Position numbers and translations under genes: made by a program. A stretch of DNA of 64,000 bases from a virus. The first letter of the stretch is position 1. The number at the start of each line of letters is the position of its first letter. This document shows, piece by piece, positions 10,121-21,237 of this stretch. The notes beneath the pieces are model-generated. The model ran no database searches, was not told the origin of the DNA, and worked only from the letters and a program-made list of their open reading frames with translations. Location: positions 64,001 through 128,000 of the IMG/VR virus record IMGVR_UViG_3300028920_000032; one strand, 5' to 3'.

Positions 10121-11059
10121 CTATGCTTTAATACTGTCTTTTATAAGATTAAATTCAGTGAACCATTTACTTTTTTTTACTGCGTTGAAAGCTTTTTTAT
10201 TTTTATCTATTTTAAATATTTTAAGCATTGCGATTTTAAACCATTCTCTACCATAATCAGTTTTTAATTGCTCTAAGCACTGGTGAGCAATAGTATATCT
10301 TGCACCACTTTCTTTAGCTAACAACATACTGCGCTCATAGTTTTCTTTTATTTCTAAATCTTTTGTTACGTCAATGTTCCATTTAGTTGATATTATATTT
10401 TGGTAAGTATCAGCCCACTGCTCTATGAGCCTTTCGGCAAATTTTAATTTATCTCTTTTCTTTTGATAGTATGCAACAGCAGAGATCCAATACAAATTTT
10501 TATACTCAATATCATATTTAACGCACCAATATTTGAAATAAGTAGTATGTATAAATATATCACTAGGAAATATATTAATCATATCATTATTTCTCATATA
10601 GACAACTAGCGACATTTTATTGTCGTGTTCTACTATTGGTTGCATTATAATAGTACAAGGTTGTCTACCTTTTAAACTATAATCGCTTTTCTTCCATACT
10701 TGAATTATTTTGTCTCTACTATGTATCTTTTTCGACAAAGCTTCTTTCATTTGCCCATTTAAACGATTAGCATAATGGTAAGAATATAAACCAGAATCTT
10801 CAATTCTGTTTTCCCAATTTTTACTAAAATAATATGATAAACCTGGATTAGTCACACTAAATATTCTATCAGAACACTCACGTAATATCCATGGCCAATT
10901 ACGCTGTGCAAATGGGAAAAATAGAATATTTTTGTTCATATCTGTTAATGTAAATGTTAAGAAAGGAAGCTCTCTTCTTTTTGCTTTTATTTGACCTGTA
11001 TCTTTTATATCATGCAAAATATCTAGATATGCATCATTAATGTCTTTATATTCATCCAT
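10121..11059 (-). CDS. Thymidylate-synthase-fold protein (divergent)
   Basis: SRD, QPCT catalytic Cys, MRNND...PSD. Confidence 0.7.
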   Translation of the reverse strand: MDEYKDINDAYLDILHDIKDTGQIKAKRRELPFLTFTLTDMNKNILFFPFAQRNWPWILRECSDRIFSVTNPGLSYYFSKNWENRIEDSGLYSYHYANRLNGQMKEALSKKIHSRDKIIQVWKKSDYSLKGRQPCTIIMQPIVEHDNKMSLVVYMRNNDMINIFPSDIFIHTTYFKYWCVKYDIEYKNLYWISAVAYYQKKRDKLKFAERLIEQWADTYQNIISTKWNIDVTKDLEIKENYERSMLLAKESGARYTIAHQCLEQLKTDYGREWFKIAMLKIFKIDKNKKAFNAVKKSKWFTEFNLIKDSIKA

Positions 11060-11184
11060 ATTAAAAATTATGCGGAAAACTAAGAAAACTCCGGGGGAAA
11101 TATAGTTTTAACTGTTTTATGTGTTAAATTCATAATATTGTCTTATTTTCTAAAGATAATTAAAATAGAAACTAGAGGATTGTT

Positions 11185-11565
11185 ATGAAACTATTTGAAG
11201 CAATGAATTTACATGAAAGAAATGTTCATGATATAGCTAAAGAATACAATGGTTTGCGAAAGAGAGTTGAATTACAGCTTAAAGGCAAAAAAGATGGTGA
11301 AAAACTTAAAGCTGCTATTAGTGGTTGGGTTGGTGGAATGGAAGGCCTAAAAAGTGTTCGCCAGCTAATCGGAATGTTACAAAAAAATCCTGCGTTTAAA
11401 AATGATGCTGTCGACAAAGCTATAATTAAAATTATAAACGAACTCATTAGGGAAAGTAGTGATGAGAGATCAGAAGTAGCTAAAAAACAACAAGCGTCTA
11501 CTAAAAGACAAGAAAAAATGCAAACTGTTATCCCACCAGGAACAACTTTGTCAACAGGTGTTTAA
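11185..11565 (+). CDS. Hypothetical, possible internal virion protein
   Basis: AAGATA motif and GAGG SD; MKLFEAMNLHE. Confidence 0.65.
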   Translation: MKLFEAMNLHERNVHDIAKEYNGLRKRVELQLKGKKDGEKLKAAISGWVGGMEGLKSVRQLIGMLQKNPAFKNDAVDKAIIKIINELIRESSDERSEVAKKQQASTKRQEKMQTVIPPGTTLSTGV

Positions 11566-11925
11566 ACCAGCTAATTATAAACAATTTATATAATTGTGTG
11601 AGATAACAAAAGTAATATTCTACAGTTAATTTAAAATCACAAGAATTTAATTCACCAACTTTTACATAAGCATAAGCAGCAGATTTTAGAAAGCAATCTA
11701 AGCCGGCTTTATGAAATCTCTTTCTTACTGCTTTATCAAAGTTTTCAAACATTAATTCTTCAAATTTTTTTTCTGATCTTTTTTCTAAACGCCATAAAAA
11801 ACCTGCAATAACTCTCTTGAAGTAAAAAATAAAACTACATTCATCATTCATAAGTATTTTGAATGTTGCTCTTATCCCTAATATTTTATTACCTTCAATA
11901 TCTGTCATAACATACCTTTCTATAT

Positions 11926-12675
11926 TTAGAATACAAAATCAGGAAAGTCTTTTGCATATGCATGTAATGAACCGCCAAAATAAGTAAAACTACCAATTTT
12001 ATAATTTAATTCATTGGCTATATATTCTTGAATTTTACATGCTAGCCAAATATCAACAACAAAATGAATAAGTAAATCATTGGATCTCATTACATATATA
12101 CCATGTACTTTATTGTTTCTTACTAAGAATTGATAATGCATTGAACATGGAATTCTTCTCTTTCCACCAATGTTTTGGTGATCTTTTGAATAATTAAAAA
12201 TTTGCACAATACCTTGTCTTGAATCTGGTGACTCTTTAAGCTCTTCAATTACTTTTGTAATTTGATCTTTTATTAGAGCAGGATCACTAATTCTTTCTGA
12301 ATAAGTATATGAAAATTTTTGTTCATCTTCTAAAAATTGCTCCCACAATGAATATCTAGATTTGTGAGCATCACCAGGGTTTTTAGATTGACCACACAAA
12401 CGATCTTGTAACTCAAGTTTACAATATTCGATAATAGCTTGGCACTCTTCAGGATAAAAGATTTTTACCATTTCATCTAATTTAGCATCTGCTTGTGAAA
12501 CTTTATATGAATAACCAATTAGTTCTTTTGTATAAAAATCTTTATTCCCTTTTACCCATTTGTCTTGCATGTGTGAAATTGGGACAGTAATACCAAGTTC
12601 TTTTAATTCCCGCCTTAATTCATTAGCAGCTTGTTCATGATCTGAAAATATTCTACTCATATTCAATCTCCTCAT
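11926..12675 (-). CDS. Thymidylate synthase/dNMP hydroxymethylase-family enzyme (start may be 12660)
   Basis: YTYSER, DSRQG, IPCS, YQFLVR, MRSND...VVD, GSLHAY. Confidence 0.85.
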   Translation of the reverse strand: MRRLNMSRIFSDHEQAANELRRELKELGITVPISHMQDKWVKGNKDFYTKELIGYSYKVSQADAKLDEMVKIFYPEECQAIIEYCKLELQDRLCGQSKNPGDAHKSRYSLWEQFLEDEQKFSYTYSERISDPALIKDQITKVIEELKESPDSRQGIVQIFNYSKDHQNIGGKRRIPCSMHYQFLVRNNKVHGIYVMRSNDLLIHFVVDIWLACKIQEYIANELNYKIGSFTYFGGSLHAYAKDFPDFVF

Positions 12676-12864
12676 TTTTATTTATGCTATTAATTACTAT
12701 ATCCATACCTTTTTGCCAAGCTTTGTCAATTATTTCTTGTTTTTCTTTTTCAGCTTTGCTTAAGTTGTCAATTGGCATATATTTTTGGTTTGCTAAACAA
12801 TTAAGCAGATGCTCTAAAAAATCTGCTTCAATTATTAAATGTTTACCACTAAGAAGTCCTTTAG

Positions 12865-13389
12865 TTATTTCTTTATTGCCCATAACTTCTTAAACAATTT
12901 TAAAAATTCTTGTTCAGCTTCTTGTGGATTATAACAATCTAAATGTTTAGTTTGATAGTCTGTTGGTGCAAAGTGTTGATCAAAAAGATTATAATATTCT
13001 ATATTTAGCCATCTAACATCTGCTTCTTTAATTTGTTTGTGTATTGCGTCATTTAATTCCAGATTAAATTTTTCTAAAATAACACATTCAATTTTATTTT
13101 CGAATGGTTTAATTTTTTCAAAAACATGATGTTTTAATGGAGAAGGAATGTCTGTCATATATGTTTCTGTAGCATCATGTAACAATGCTAATAATTGTAT
13201 GTTTGAATCTACAAATTCTTTAGAAACATTTATAGAATGCTCAGCGACACTATAAAATCTTTTTGTGTGGCCACACCACCTACACTGAAATGCTAATGAA
13301 TGAGCAATGTCTTCTATACAAACATCTTCAGAATTCATGTTATCATAATGGAATATTTTTCCTGTATAAGTTTGTATCCAATTTAACAT
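12865..13389 (-). CDS. HD-domain 5'-deoxynucleotidase (YfbR/YfdR-like)
   Basis: DIAHSL..CR..GH..FYSVAEHS, LLHDA.E.Y..DIPSP, AD. Confidence 0.85.
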   Translation of the reverse strand: MLNWIQTYTGKIFHYDNMNSEDVCIEDIAHSLAFQCRWCGHTKRFYSVAEHSINVSKEFVDSNIQLLALLHDATETYMTDIPSPLKHHVFEKIKPFENKIECVILEKFNLELNDAIHKQIKEADVRWLNIEYYNLFDQHFAPTDYQTKHLDCYNPQEAEQEFLKLFKKLWAIKK

Positions 13390-13399
13390 TTTTACTCCT

Positions 13400-13975
13400 T
13401 TAATATTGTAATCTTAAAGCTTCTGAAACTTTATTCATTATATATTTGTCATCACGAAAAGCTACTAATCTAACTACTGGGAATACAGTATGTTTTAAGA
13501 AAGACTCATAAAGATTATATTGTTTGCGATATCCGTCTTCACCACTATTGTCTTCTAACCAATCTTTCTTTCTGTCCATCTCTGCCATCTTTTTAAATCC
13601 GCTATCAAGTATAGTCATAAACAAAATAACTATCTTTTGATTTGTTCTGTAATATAATTCTTCTATTTTCTTTAAGTGCTCAAGCCAATATTTATGATCA
13701 TAATTATTACGATAATAAAGACCATATACACATGAGCTTATATATTGTCTATCAACAACAAGTGAGTTAGTTATATGCTTTGGTAAAGTTGGGAAATATT
13801 GTGCATAAGCTAAATCACGACCGACTGAATAGTCGTCGACATTAATATCAGGATATGAGCGATGTGTTATTCTCATACCTAAATCTTTATAGATTTGAAT
13901 ATCAGGAAAAAATTCTTTTATTTTATCACAAGTGTAGCTTTTACCGCACCTTCTGACTCCATCTATATGTATCAT
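13400..13975 (-). CDS. P-loop (d)NMP kinase
   Basis: IDGVRRCGKS Walker A; VVDR..S..VY. Confidence 0.75.
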   Translation of the reverse strand: MIHIDGVRRCGKSYTCDKIKEFFPDIQIYKDLGMRITHRSYPDINVDDYSVGRDLAYAQYFPTLPKHITNSLVVDRQYISSCVYGLYYRNNYDHKYWLEHLKKIEELYYRTNQKIVILFMTILDSGFKKMAEMDRKKDWLEDNSGEDGYRKQYNLYESFLKHTVFPVVRLVAFRDDKYIMNKVSEALRLQY

Positions 13976-14987
13976 AAATCTTCTTCTCCTAATTTAATAG
14001 ACCCAGGTGGATTACCTTTAAAACGTTTAGCTGTTTCAAAAATAATAATATTTAAATCTTTTTTAGTTTTATAATCACAATTAGTTAAAGCAACTGTTTC
14101 ATTTTTTGAAGTAGTCTTATCTGGGTTTTCAAAAGTAATTATGTAGTAATATCCTTTAAGAAAAGTAAGATCATTTTTGCTAAATTCTTCATTGATTACT
14201 TGAGCTATGCGATCATTTAAGTGTTTGGCAAATCTTTGCATGTCTTTTGCAATATAATCATGCTTATCCATCTTCATCTCTTAAATCCTTTTTCACTGTT
14301 TCACGAATTAAAATGTCTACTGCTTCTTTTGGTAAAGAAATTGTTACAATTGGATTGTTAGCCAAACAATCAGTTACTGAAAATTTCCATCCATCATTAA
14401 TTTTCCAAAATCTATATATTCTCTTGGCTATTAAATAGCCAGTTTTATCATGATCTTTCTCAATAACTTCCCACATCTTATTTTCAGAAACAGTAAATTC
14501 TGTATTATCTATTTTTGACATAATTTTATTACCTACTATTTTATTTTTTCTTTAATGTCCTTGCTATTAGACTCATTACTAATTTTGCTTTATCTGCTGG
14601 TAAATCTTCGATTTCTGTCCATTCTCCATCTTTTAATCTAATCTCTTCCCCAATAGTACCAGATCCTACTTTAATTTCAAATATGTCTCCATATTCTTTT
14701 CTCAATCTTCTTCTCATTTCCCAAACTGATTCACTATCACTTTTAATTTTTAATAACTCATCAAATACAATATCAAAACTTATATCATTGCTATATCCTG
14801 CTCTCTTTTTTGCGCTTCTTAACCAATCTTGCCTTTTGTATTCAGACTCTCTTAATTTTTTCAATTCTTTTTTCATTTCCGCTATTTCTTTATGAAAAGG
14901 ACAAACTATTGATTGTTTCTTTTTAGAGATTACTTCACTATCTGAACTTAAAGCAAAATCTACTTTGTTATCGTTCATTGTTATATT

Positions 14988-15623
14988 TTAATACCCCGTG
15001 TCTATCCTAAATTTATTACATTGATTTTTTCTACTAAAGACACTCCATAAATCATCTGGAGATAAACCAATACCCCTAAATATAAGATTAAAAAATTTGT
15101 AATATACTTGCTCAAATCTTTCTTCAAAGATGAGCATGTCAGTAAGATATTGACTTTTCTTCCATGGTCTTATTTTTAATTTATTGCATGTTATTCCTAT
15201 TTGATATATAATGTCTATTATATATGGATCTAATATTTTCAAATTTGTTACTATAGTTTTGGGGATTGGAGTGTAAACCCAAAGCTCATGTAAAGATTTA
15301 AATTTGTGGAAATCCCATCCATATAAAATATAAGAACTAATTAAAAAATTGAGCGAATCACTAATTTCTTCATATATATGTTCAATTCTCTCACCTTCTA
15401 TTATAGCTTCTCTCATTTCCATAAGCTCTTCAACAACACGAATTTCTAAAAAATCTTTCATAGCTTGTTGACCTTCAAATGTGTCAATATCAACTGGTAA
15501 ATCTAAATCTTTTATTGAGACTTCAAACTTTTTATAATAGCTGACTAAAGCTTTCATTTTTTCAAATATTGCAGCCGTTACATCTCCATGATATTTTTCA
15601 GCTTGGTAATCTAATATGTTCAT
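14988..15623 (-). CDS. All-alpha (MazG/dimeric dUTPase/dCTPase-like) NTP pyrophosphatase
   Basis: EELMEMREA...EEISD, RPWK, KN..N.FR..TGY. Confidence 0.7.
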   Translation of the reverse strand: MNILDYQAEKYHGDVTAAIFEKMKALVSYYKKFEVSIKDLDLPVDIDTFEGQQAMKDFLEIRVVEELMEMREAIIEGERIEHIYEEISDSLNFLISSYILYGWDFHKFKSLHELWVYTPIPKTIVTNLKILDPYIIDIIYQIGITCNKLKIRPWKKSQYLTDMLIFEERFEQVYYKFFNLIFRGIGLSPDDLWSVFSRKNQCNKFRIDTGY

Positions 15624-16223
15624 TATTCCTCCTAAGATTAATTATGCTATTATTATCTATATTGATCAATCCATTCCCACCATTTGCATGTTCTATTTTT
15701 AGGTATTTCGTTTGTGCTTAAAAGTTTATTTCGTCTTAGATTGTCGCAACTTTCTTCGCCAACATCACTGCTATATGTAGACCATTCAACTTTACGAAAC
15801 CAATAACAATCTTCACAAGTATTATCATTTAGTAGGTTTTTAATTTCTTCACGCTTAGATCTCTTCTCAATATTCTTTTGTGATTTTTTGCGGTTGTATA
15901 AAATCCGTTTTAGTTTCTTGTCTTTTTGTCGTGCACTCAATTATTATCCTTGCCCTGGAATTAAAATGTTAGACCTTTTCTTTACAACTGTTTTATAAAT
16001 GACATTGTCTTTATCTATTTTTAGATAGTTAATGATATTAATCTTATAGATTTGCATAGCTATAGAATGCAAAATATTATCAGAAACTTTCTGAATTATA
16101 TATTCAATTTTATTTGGGCCTACTGGCTGAATACTTATATCATATGTTTTAGCAGAATCTAAAGTTAAATATTCATTTGTGTCTTCAAGGATTGAATCTT
16201 TATCGACAAATAATACTCTACCA

Positions 16224-17540
16224 TTAGATAGACATATTAGTTTGAAACTTTCTTTTGATATGTCCAATTGCTTCCTCCTTATTATTTATTTTGTTTTCAA
16301 GTTGTAAATCTACAACTTCATTTAATATTTCTTTAAATAGTGGTCCGGGTTTAAAACCTAACTCAATAAGATCATGTCCAGTTACTAATGGACTCGGCTT
16401 AATTTCTTCTGGAGTCCACTCATTTAATTTCTTTTCTAAGAAATCAGCATGAGAAGTGTCACCATGTGAACTTGCTTTATCAGCTCGCATTACTTTAATC
16501 AAATCTTCTATATAAGGATGTGCCAATAGTTTCTTTAGTTTAGAAGTTTTCAATTTAATCGGATTAACCATATGATTATAAACTAACCAGCAAATATGTT
16601 CAATCTCTTCATTTGAAAATCTAAGTTCTTCAAGAGCTTTTCTAGTAATATCAGCACCAACCTTATGATGTCCTCTTGTAGTAATTCGACCATCGACAAC
16701 TTTATGAGTAGCTGGTTTACCGACATCATGAAATAGTGTGGCTAATTTAATAATATAAGATTCATCTCTTACAAGTTCTAATGCTCGAAATGTATGTATT
16801 AGAGCGTTACCTTCTGGATGCCATTTTGGGTCTTGCTCTTCGTTTTCTAACATGGCAATATCGGGAAATATATACCACAATATATGAGTATCAATTAGAA
16901 GATGTAGAAAAGAATGTGGATGTCTATATTCTAGACATTTAACTATTTCTTCTCGTATTCTTTCAGGAGCAATTTGTTTAATATTTATTCCATTACCACG
17001 AACTGCAGTATAAGATAAAAAATCTACTGTCGGAAATTCTAACTTGATTGCAAATCTTATAAATCTTAATATTCTCAATTTGTCTTCATCAATTCTGTCG
17101 TCTGGATTTCCAACAAAGCGTAAAATTTTATTTTTAATATCATCTTGCCCACCAACAAAGTCATATATCTTATCTGCAATCGGATCATAGAATAAGGCGT
17201 TGCAAGTAAAATCTCTTCTTTTAGCATCTTCTTCCATAGTTGAAAATGTAACCGAATTGGGCCTGCGACCATCAGTATAGTCGCCGTCGCTACGAAATGT
17301 GGCCACTTCAAAATCTACTCCATTTACTCTGATGAGAATAACTCCAAATGCTTTACCGACTGATTTTGTATATTTAAATAAAGCTTCTACTTGATCTGGT
17401 GTTGCTGATGTGGCAATATCATAGTCATGTGGTGTTTTGCCTAGTAGCATGTCTCTGATTGCTCCACCTGCAAATACAGCTTGATAGCCGTTTTTTTGGA
17501 GTCTTTTAATTATTTTTATTGCACTTTTCTTAATGTTCAT
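16224..17540 (-). CDS. cca: Class II tRNA nucleotidyltransferase (CCA-adding) with HD domain
   Basis: GGAIRD, DYDIAT, EVATFR, RRDFT.NA, EDKLRILR, ERI, HT...FHDVGK. Confidence 0.9.
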   Translation of the reverse strand: MNIKKSAIKIIKRLQKNGYQAVFAGGAIRDMLLGKTPHDYDIATSATPDQVEALFKYTKSVGKAFGVILIRVNGVDFEVATFRSDGDYTDGRRPNSVTFSTMEEDAKRRDFTCNALFYDPIADKIYDFVGGQDDIKNKILRFVGNPDDRIDEDKLRILRFIRFAIKLEFPTVDFLSYTAVRGNGINIKQIAPERIREEIVKCLEYRHPHSFLHLLIDTHILWYIFPDIAMLENEEQDPKWHPEGNALIHTFRALELVRDESYIIKLATLFHDVGKPATHKVVDGRITTRGHHKVGADITRKALEELRFSNEEIEHICWLVYNHMVNPIKLKTSKLKKLLAHPYIEDLIKVMRADKASSHGDTSHADFLEKKLNEWTPEEIKPSPLVTGHDLIELGFKPGPLFKEILNEVVDLQLENKINNKEEAIGHIKRKFQTNMSI

Positions 17541-17546
17541 AGTTTA

Positions 17547-17568
17547 ATTATAGTTTCTTATCGAAACT
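17547..17568 (-). promoter_or_regulatory. Promoter-like motif AG(C/T)TTCGA-N8-TATAAT (also 29958-29979, 33054-33075, 60697-60718, 60749-60770)
   Basis: Five copies with exact 8-nt spacer, each just upstream of a gene start. Confidence 0.75.
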
Positions 17569-18725
17569 TGCGTCTTGTACTTCTAACCACTTAAGTGACT
17601 CATGTGACCACCGGCTATTATGTACATTTGGCTTCCACTTTTTGTATGTTCGATCTAGCGCAAGTTTTGTTTTATCTTTTTTTGTGAATCTCATCTTTAA
17701 ATTCCTGATAATGTTTTAATAGTTCTGGATCGTAATCTTTTGGTAAAAAATACTTGTAATCACAAAAATTATATTCGTCAATTACCATTCCTGAATGTTC
17801 TGGGTGCGTACAAACAATCCAATCTGATTTTACATGACAGTTAGAATAAAAGCAACCTTCGCATTTTATATTTCTAAGCATTGCTTTGGTTTTAGTATTC
17901 CGTTTTTTATCACTCAAATGAAATCCTCGGCTTAATAGCAACTTTACCACCAGCAGAAGTCAATTCGAAAGGAGCATCTGTAAATCTTTCTGCCCATAAC
18001 AATATATGTTTTTTTTCATTTATGATTATATATCCATAATATTTTCTTGCGTCTTTAATGTTAAAAATAACTTCTTGATGCTCAGCACAATATTTATTTT
18101 TTATTTGATCTGAACCACAAGTCCATTCTTTTAATTCAAAGCTTTCAGCAGTAGTAATATAGTCATTTATTTGATCATGTTTAGTTGGATACCAGTCATT
18201 AGAATATAAATATATTCTAGTATCTTTTGTGATATGCTCTAAAACTTCTTTTAAAAGTTGATAATTTACTACTAATCCAAATAGCGCACGCGGTTTATTT
18301 TTAAGTGCTTTCCCAGCCAACTTGCGTAGTTTCATTTTAGTTTCTTCTTTTTTGCTTAATCTTAGCATGTAAAATTCCTATTGAACAAATAGTTCTTTGA
18401 AATATTCATAATTACACCTCATCTCAAACGCTCTAACATTAATATCAAACTTAGTACAACTTCCAGCATCAATAATACAAGACAAATTGCTTAAAAAATG
18501 TGCACATTGGAAACATTTTCTTTCTCTAAGCATTGCTTTGGTGTTTTCTTTTGTCATAAATTGGATCCCTATGATAACGTTCATAATTACACAAGCAATT
18601 ATTTTTTATAGCTTCTTTATAAACTTTACAATACAATACAGAATCTCTGTTAGTTATAATTGCCGTACTATATATACAAGTTGTACAGTGCGCATTTCTT
18701 AATGCAGCTTTAAGTTGTTCTTTTG

Positions 18726-19979
18726 TCAAAAGAATTTTAACCTTGTTTTTCTGGCTGGATTTAAAAATCTCTCAAAGATGAATTTATTTTTTATAGGATC
18801 TAACTTAGTTATACCCATAAGATATGTTACAAGTGAAGCCGAAACCGACCCTCTTCCCGGTCCAATGGCAATATTTTCTTTTCGACAAAAATTTACTATG
18901 TCATTAATTAAAAGAAAATAATCTATTAGCTCCATATTTTTGATTGTTTGCAATTCATGTTCTACTCTGTCCATATAAAATTCAACTTCATCTTTTGGTA
19001 TATAACCTTGCTTTAGCTTTTCTTCAAATCCATTAATAACTATTTCTTGTAATTTTTCCATGCCTTTTGTATAATGTGGTAATCTTGGTGGATGTTCTAG
19101 ATAAACCTCTTCGATAGTATTAGTTATTAAGTCTGTGTTTTTAACAGATTGAATAAAAACTTCTTCAGTAAAAATTGGATCATTTTTATATAACTCATTC
19201 CAGTTTGCATATAATTCTTGTTCAGTTTTTAACCACAAATCTTGAGCAGTAAAACTCCAGCCTTTGCCTTCTTCTAAATCTTTTACAGTTTTCTTGCTTT
19301 GAAGCAATAAAGAAAGTTGATGTTCATGACTGTCTTCAGGTGTTAAGTAATGTGCATCATTTGTTATTATAGTAGGAACATTATGTTTCTTGGCTATCTG
19401 TATTAACTGAATATTCATTTTAGTCTGCTCTTCCCAATCCATTATTTGTAGTTCAATAAAAAATCTATTTGGAAAATGTTTTTTCATAAGTTTTATGAAG
19501 TTATCAGCTTCTGCAATATTCTTTGTCACAAGAAACTGAGATAATGTGCCTCTCATGCAAGCTGTGGCTGCTATAACACCTTCACTATGTTCAAATAAAT
19601 ATTCATAATCCATAATTGGTTTTCTGTAGAAATGTTTCCAAGAATCATTATGTATTTTTATAATATTTCTATAACCAATTTCATTCTGAGCTATTAATAC
19701 AATATGATCAGGCTTACCATCTTTTTCAACTAAAAAATTTTCTCTGTCTAAACGAATATATCCTTCAATACCAAATATTGGAATAAGTTTGTTTTTTCTA
19801 CACTGATTATAAAGCTCGATCCAACCCCCGATTGAACCGTGATCGGTGATGGGTACATATTTCTTGTTATTGTCAAGAGCGTGTTTCACTAAATCACTAG
19901 TTTTCATAATACCATCACGAAGTGAATCTATGCTGTGTACGTGCAAATTGATATAATTTGAGTTTATTTTTATTTTCAT
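18726..19979 (-). CDS. dnaE: DNA polymerase III alpha, N-terminal part (PHP domain to FERFLNP)
   Basis: LHVHS..S..DG, ITDHG, TNDAHY, GPGRGS, FERFLNP then stop. Confidence 0.92.
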   Translation of the reverse strand: MKIKINSNYINLHVHSIDSLRDGIMKTSDLVKHALDNNKKYVPITDHGSIGGWIELYNQCRKNKLIPIFGIEGYIRLDRENFLVEKDGKPDHIVLIAQNEIGYRNIIKIHNDSWKHFYRKPIMDYEYLFEHSEGVIAATACMRGTLSQFLVTKNIAEADNFIKLMKKHFPNRFFIELQIMDWEEQTKMNIQLIQIAKKHNVPTIITNDAHYLTPEDSHEHQLSLLLQSKKTVKDLEEGKGWSFTAQDLWLKTEQELYANWNELYKNDPIFTEEVFIQSVKNTDLITNTIEEVYLEHPPRLPHYTKGMEKLQEIVINGFEEKLKQGYIPKDEVEFYMDRVEHELQTIKNMELIDYFLLINDIVNFCRKENIAIGPGRGSVSASLVTYLMGITKLDPIKNKFIFERFLNPARKTRLKFF

Positions 19980-20008
19980 GTAAATATATATGTCACATAT
20001 TTTTATAT

Positions 20009-20788
20009 ATGATTAAGCATATATGTAAAATTTGTAAAAAAGTTTTTTACACAAAAAAGAAAAAAAGTAAATATTGTTCACGAAAGTGTTATTACGTTTG
20101 GAATAAAGGAAATAACCCTATGAAGGGTAGAAAACATTCAAAAGAAGCAAAGCGAAAAATTAGTAAAAGTAGCAAAGGTAATCAGTATGCTAAAGGATAT
20201 AAACACACAAAAGAAGCTATTGAAAAAATTAGAAATTCTGCTACTGGAAGGAAACATGCAAAAGAATATATTAATAAAATGAAAAAACGTAAAGGCAAAA
20301 ACAACCCATTTTTTGGTAAAAAGCATTCAAAAGAAACTAAAGAAAAATGGTCGAGGAGTGGTAAAAATAATAGTATGTATGGGAAAAAACATACAGAAAA
20401 ATTTAAAAAAGAACAATCATTAAGAGCAAGAAAAAATTTTTATAAAATGTTGAAGAAAATAAATAAAAATTATCATCCTTCTTATAACATTAATGCATGC
20501 AAATGGTTTGAACAATTTGATAGAATAAAAAACACTATCGGTAAATATGCAACAAATGGTGGTGAATTTTATATAAAAGAATTAGGCTACTGGCTTGATT
20601 ATATAAACCACGAATTAAAAATTATAATCGAGTGGGATGAGGAAAGACATTATAGATATAATAAATTAAAAAAGAAAGACATAAAAAGACAAAAAGAAAT
20701 AGAAAAACATTTTCCAAAATATAGATTTTTCAGAATTCGTGAGTCAGAAGCTATTTTAGTTGAAGATTTTACGAAAATTTTAAAATAA
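20009..20788 (+). CDS. Free-standing homing endonuclease-like protein (Zn finger, NUMOD3 repeats, Vsr/DUF559-like nuclease)
   Basis: CKIC..YCSRKC; repeated G(R/K)KH(S/T)KE.K.K, NPFFGKKH; YWLDY...IIEWDEERH. Start likely ATG 20009. Confidence 0.8.
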   Translation: MIKHICKICKKVFYTKKKKSKYCSRKCYYVWNKGNNPMKGRKHSKEAKRKISKSSKGNQYAKGYKHTKEAIEKIRNSATGRKHAKEYINKMKKRKGKNNPFFGKKHSKETKEKWSRSGKNNSMYGKKHTEKFKKEQSLRARKNFYKMLKKINKNYHPSYNINACKWFEQFDRIKNTIGKYATNGGEFYIKELGYWLDYINHELKIIIEWDEERHYRYNKLKKKDIKRQKEIEKHFPKYRFFRIRESEAILVEDFTKILK

Positions 20789-21237
20789 TAGCAGACAGAT
20801 AAGATTATTGTTTAATAAACGTCTACAGTTTTTCCATTGTTATTTAGTAAATAAATTTTATATTTAGAATCTACCCATATTTCTTCTTGATTTCCAGAAA
20901 CATAAGTAACAAGAATTCTTGTTATATATCTTATATTCTCTTCTATTTTGGATCTAAACTCAAAAATGATTTTATAGCCAACCCAACCCATTTCGCCTTC
21001 ACCAGTTATAAAATATCCGACATCATCATCGTGTTGATATATAATTGGCGGATGAGCTGCTTCTTGGTTATTTTTATCCAGTAAATTGCATGAGGCTACG
21101 CTAAACTTTTGTTTTTCTGATACCTCTACACTTTTAATATCGTCAAAATAAAAAGTGTTATTGTTGCTTTTGTAATTTTCTACAATCTTTAAAATCATGT
21201 CTTCCTCCTTAATTTCTGTCTATCTATCTGTCTGCTA
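20789..21237. repeat. 13-bp inverted repeat (TAGCAGACAGATA) bracketing ORF 20812..21198
   Basis: 20789-20801 and reverse complement at 21225-21237. Confidence 0.7.

Noticed and set aside
12865-15623. Z-genome (DatZ/MazZ) pathway
   Set aside because: No PurZ in the window; the context is pyrimidine-directed
20009-20788. Group I intron carrying the endonuclease
   Set aside because: ORF is antisense and intergenic; no room for or signs of an intron core
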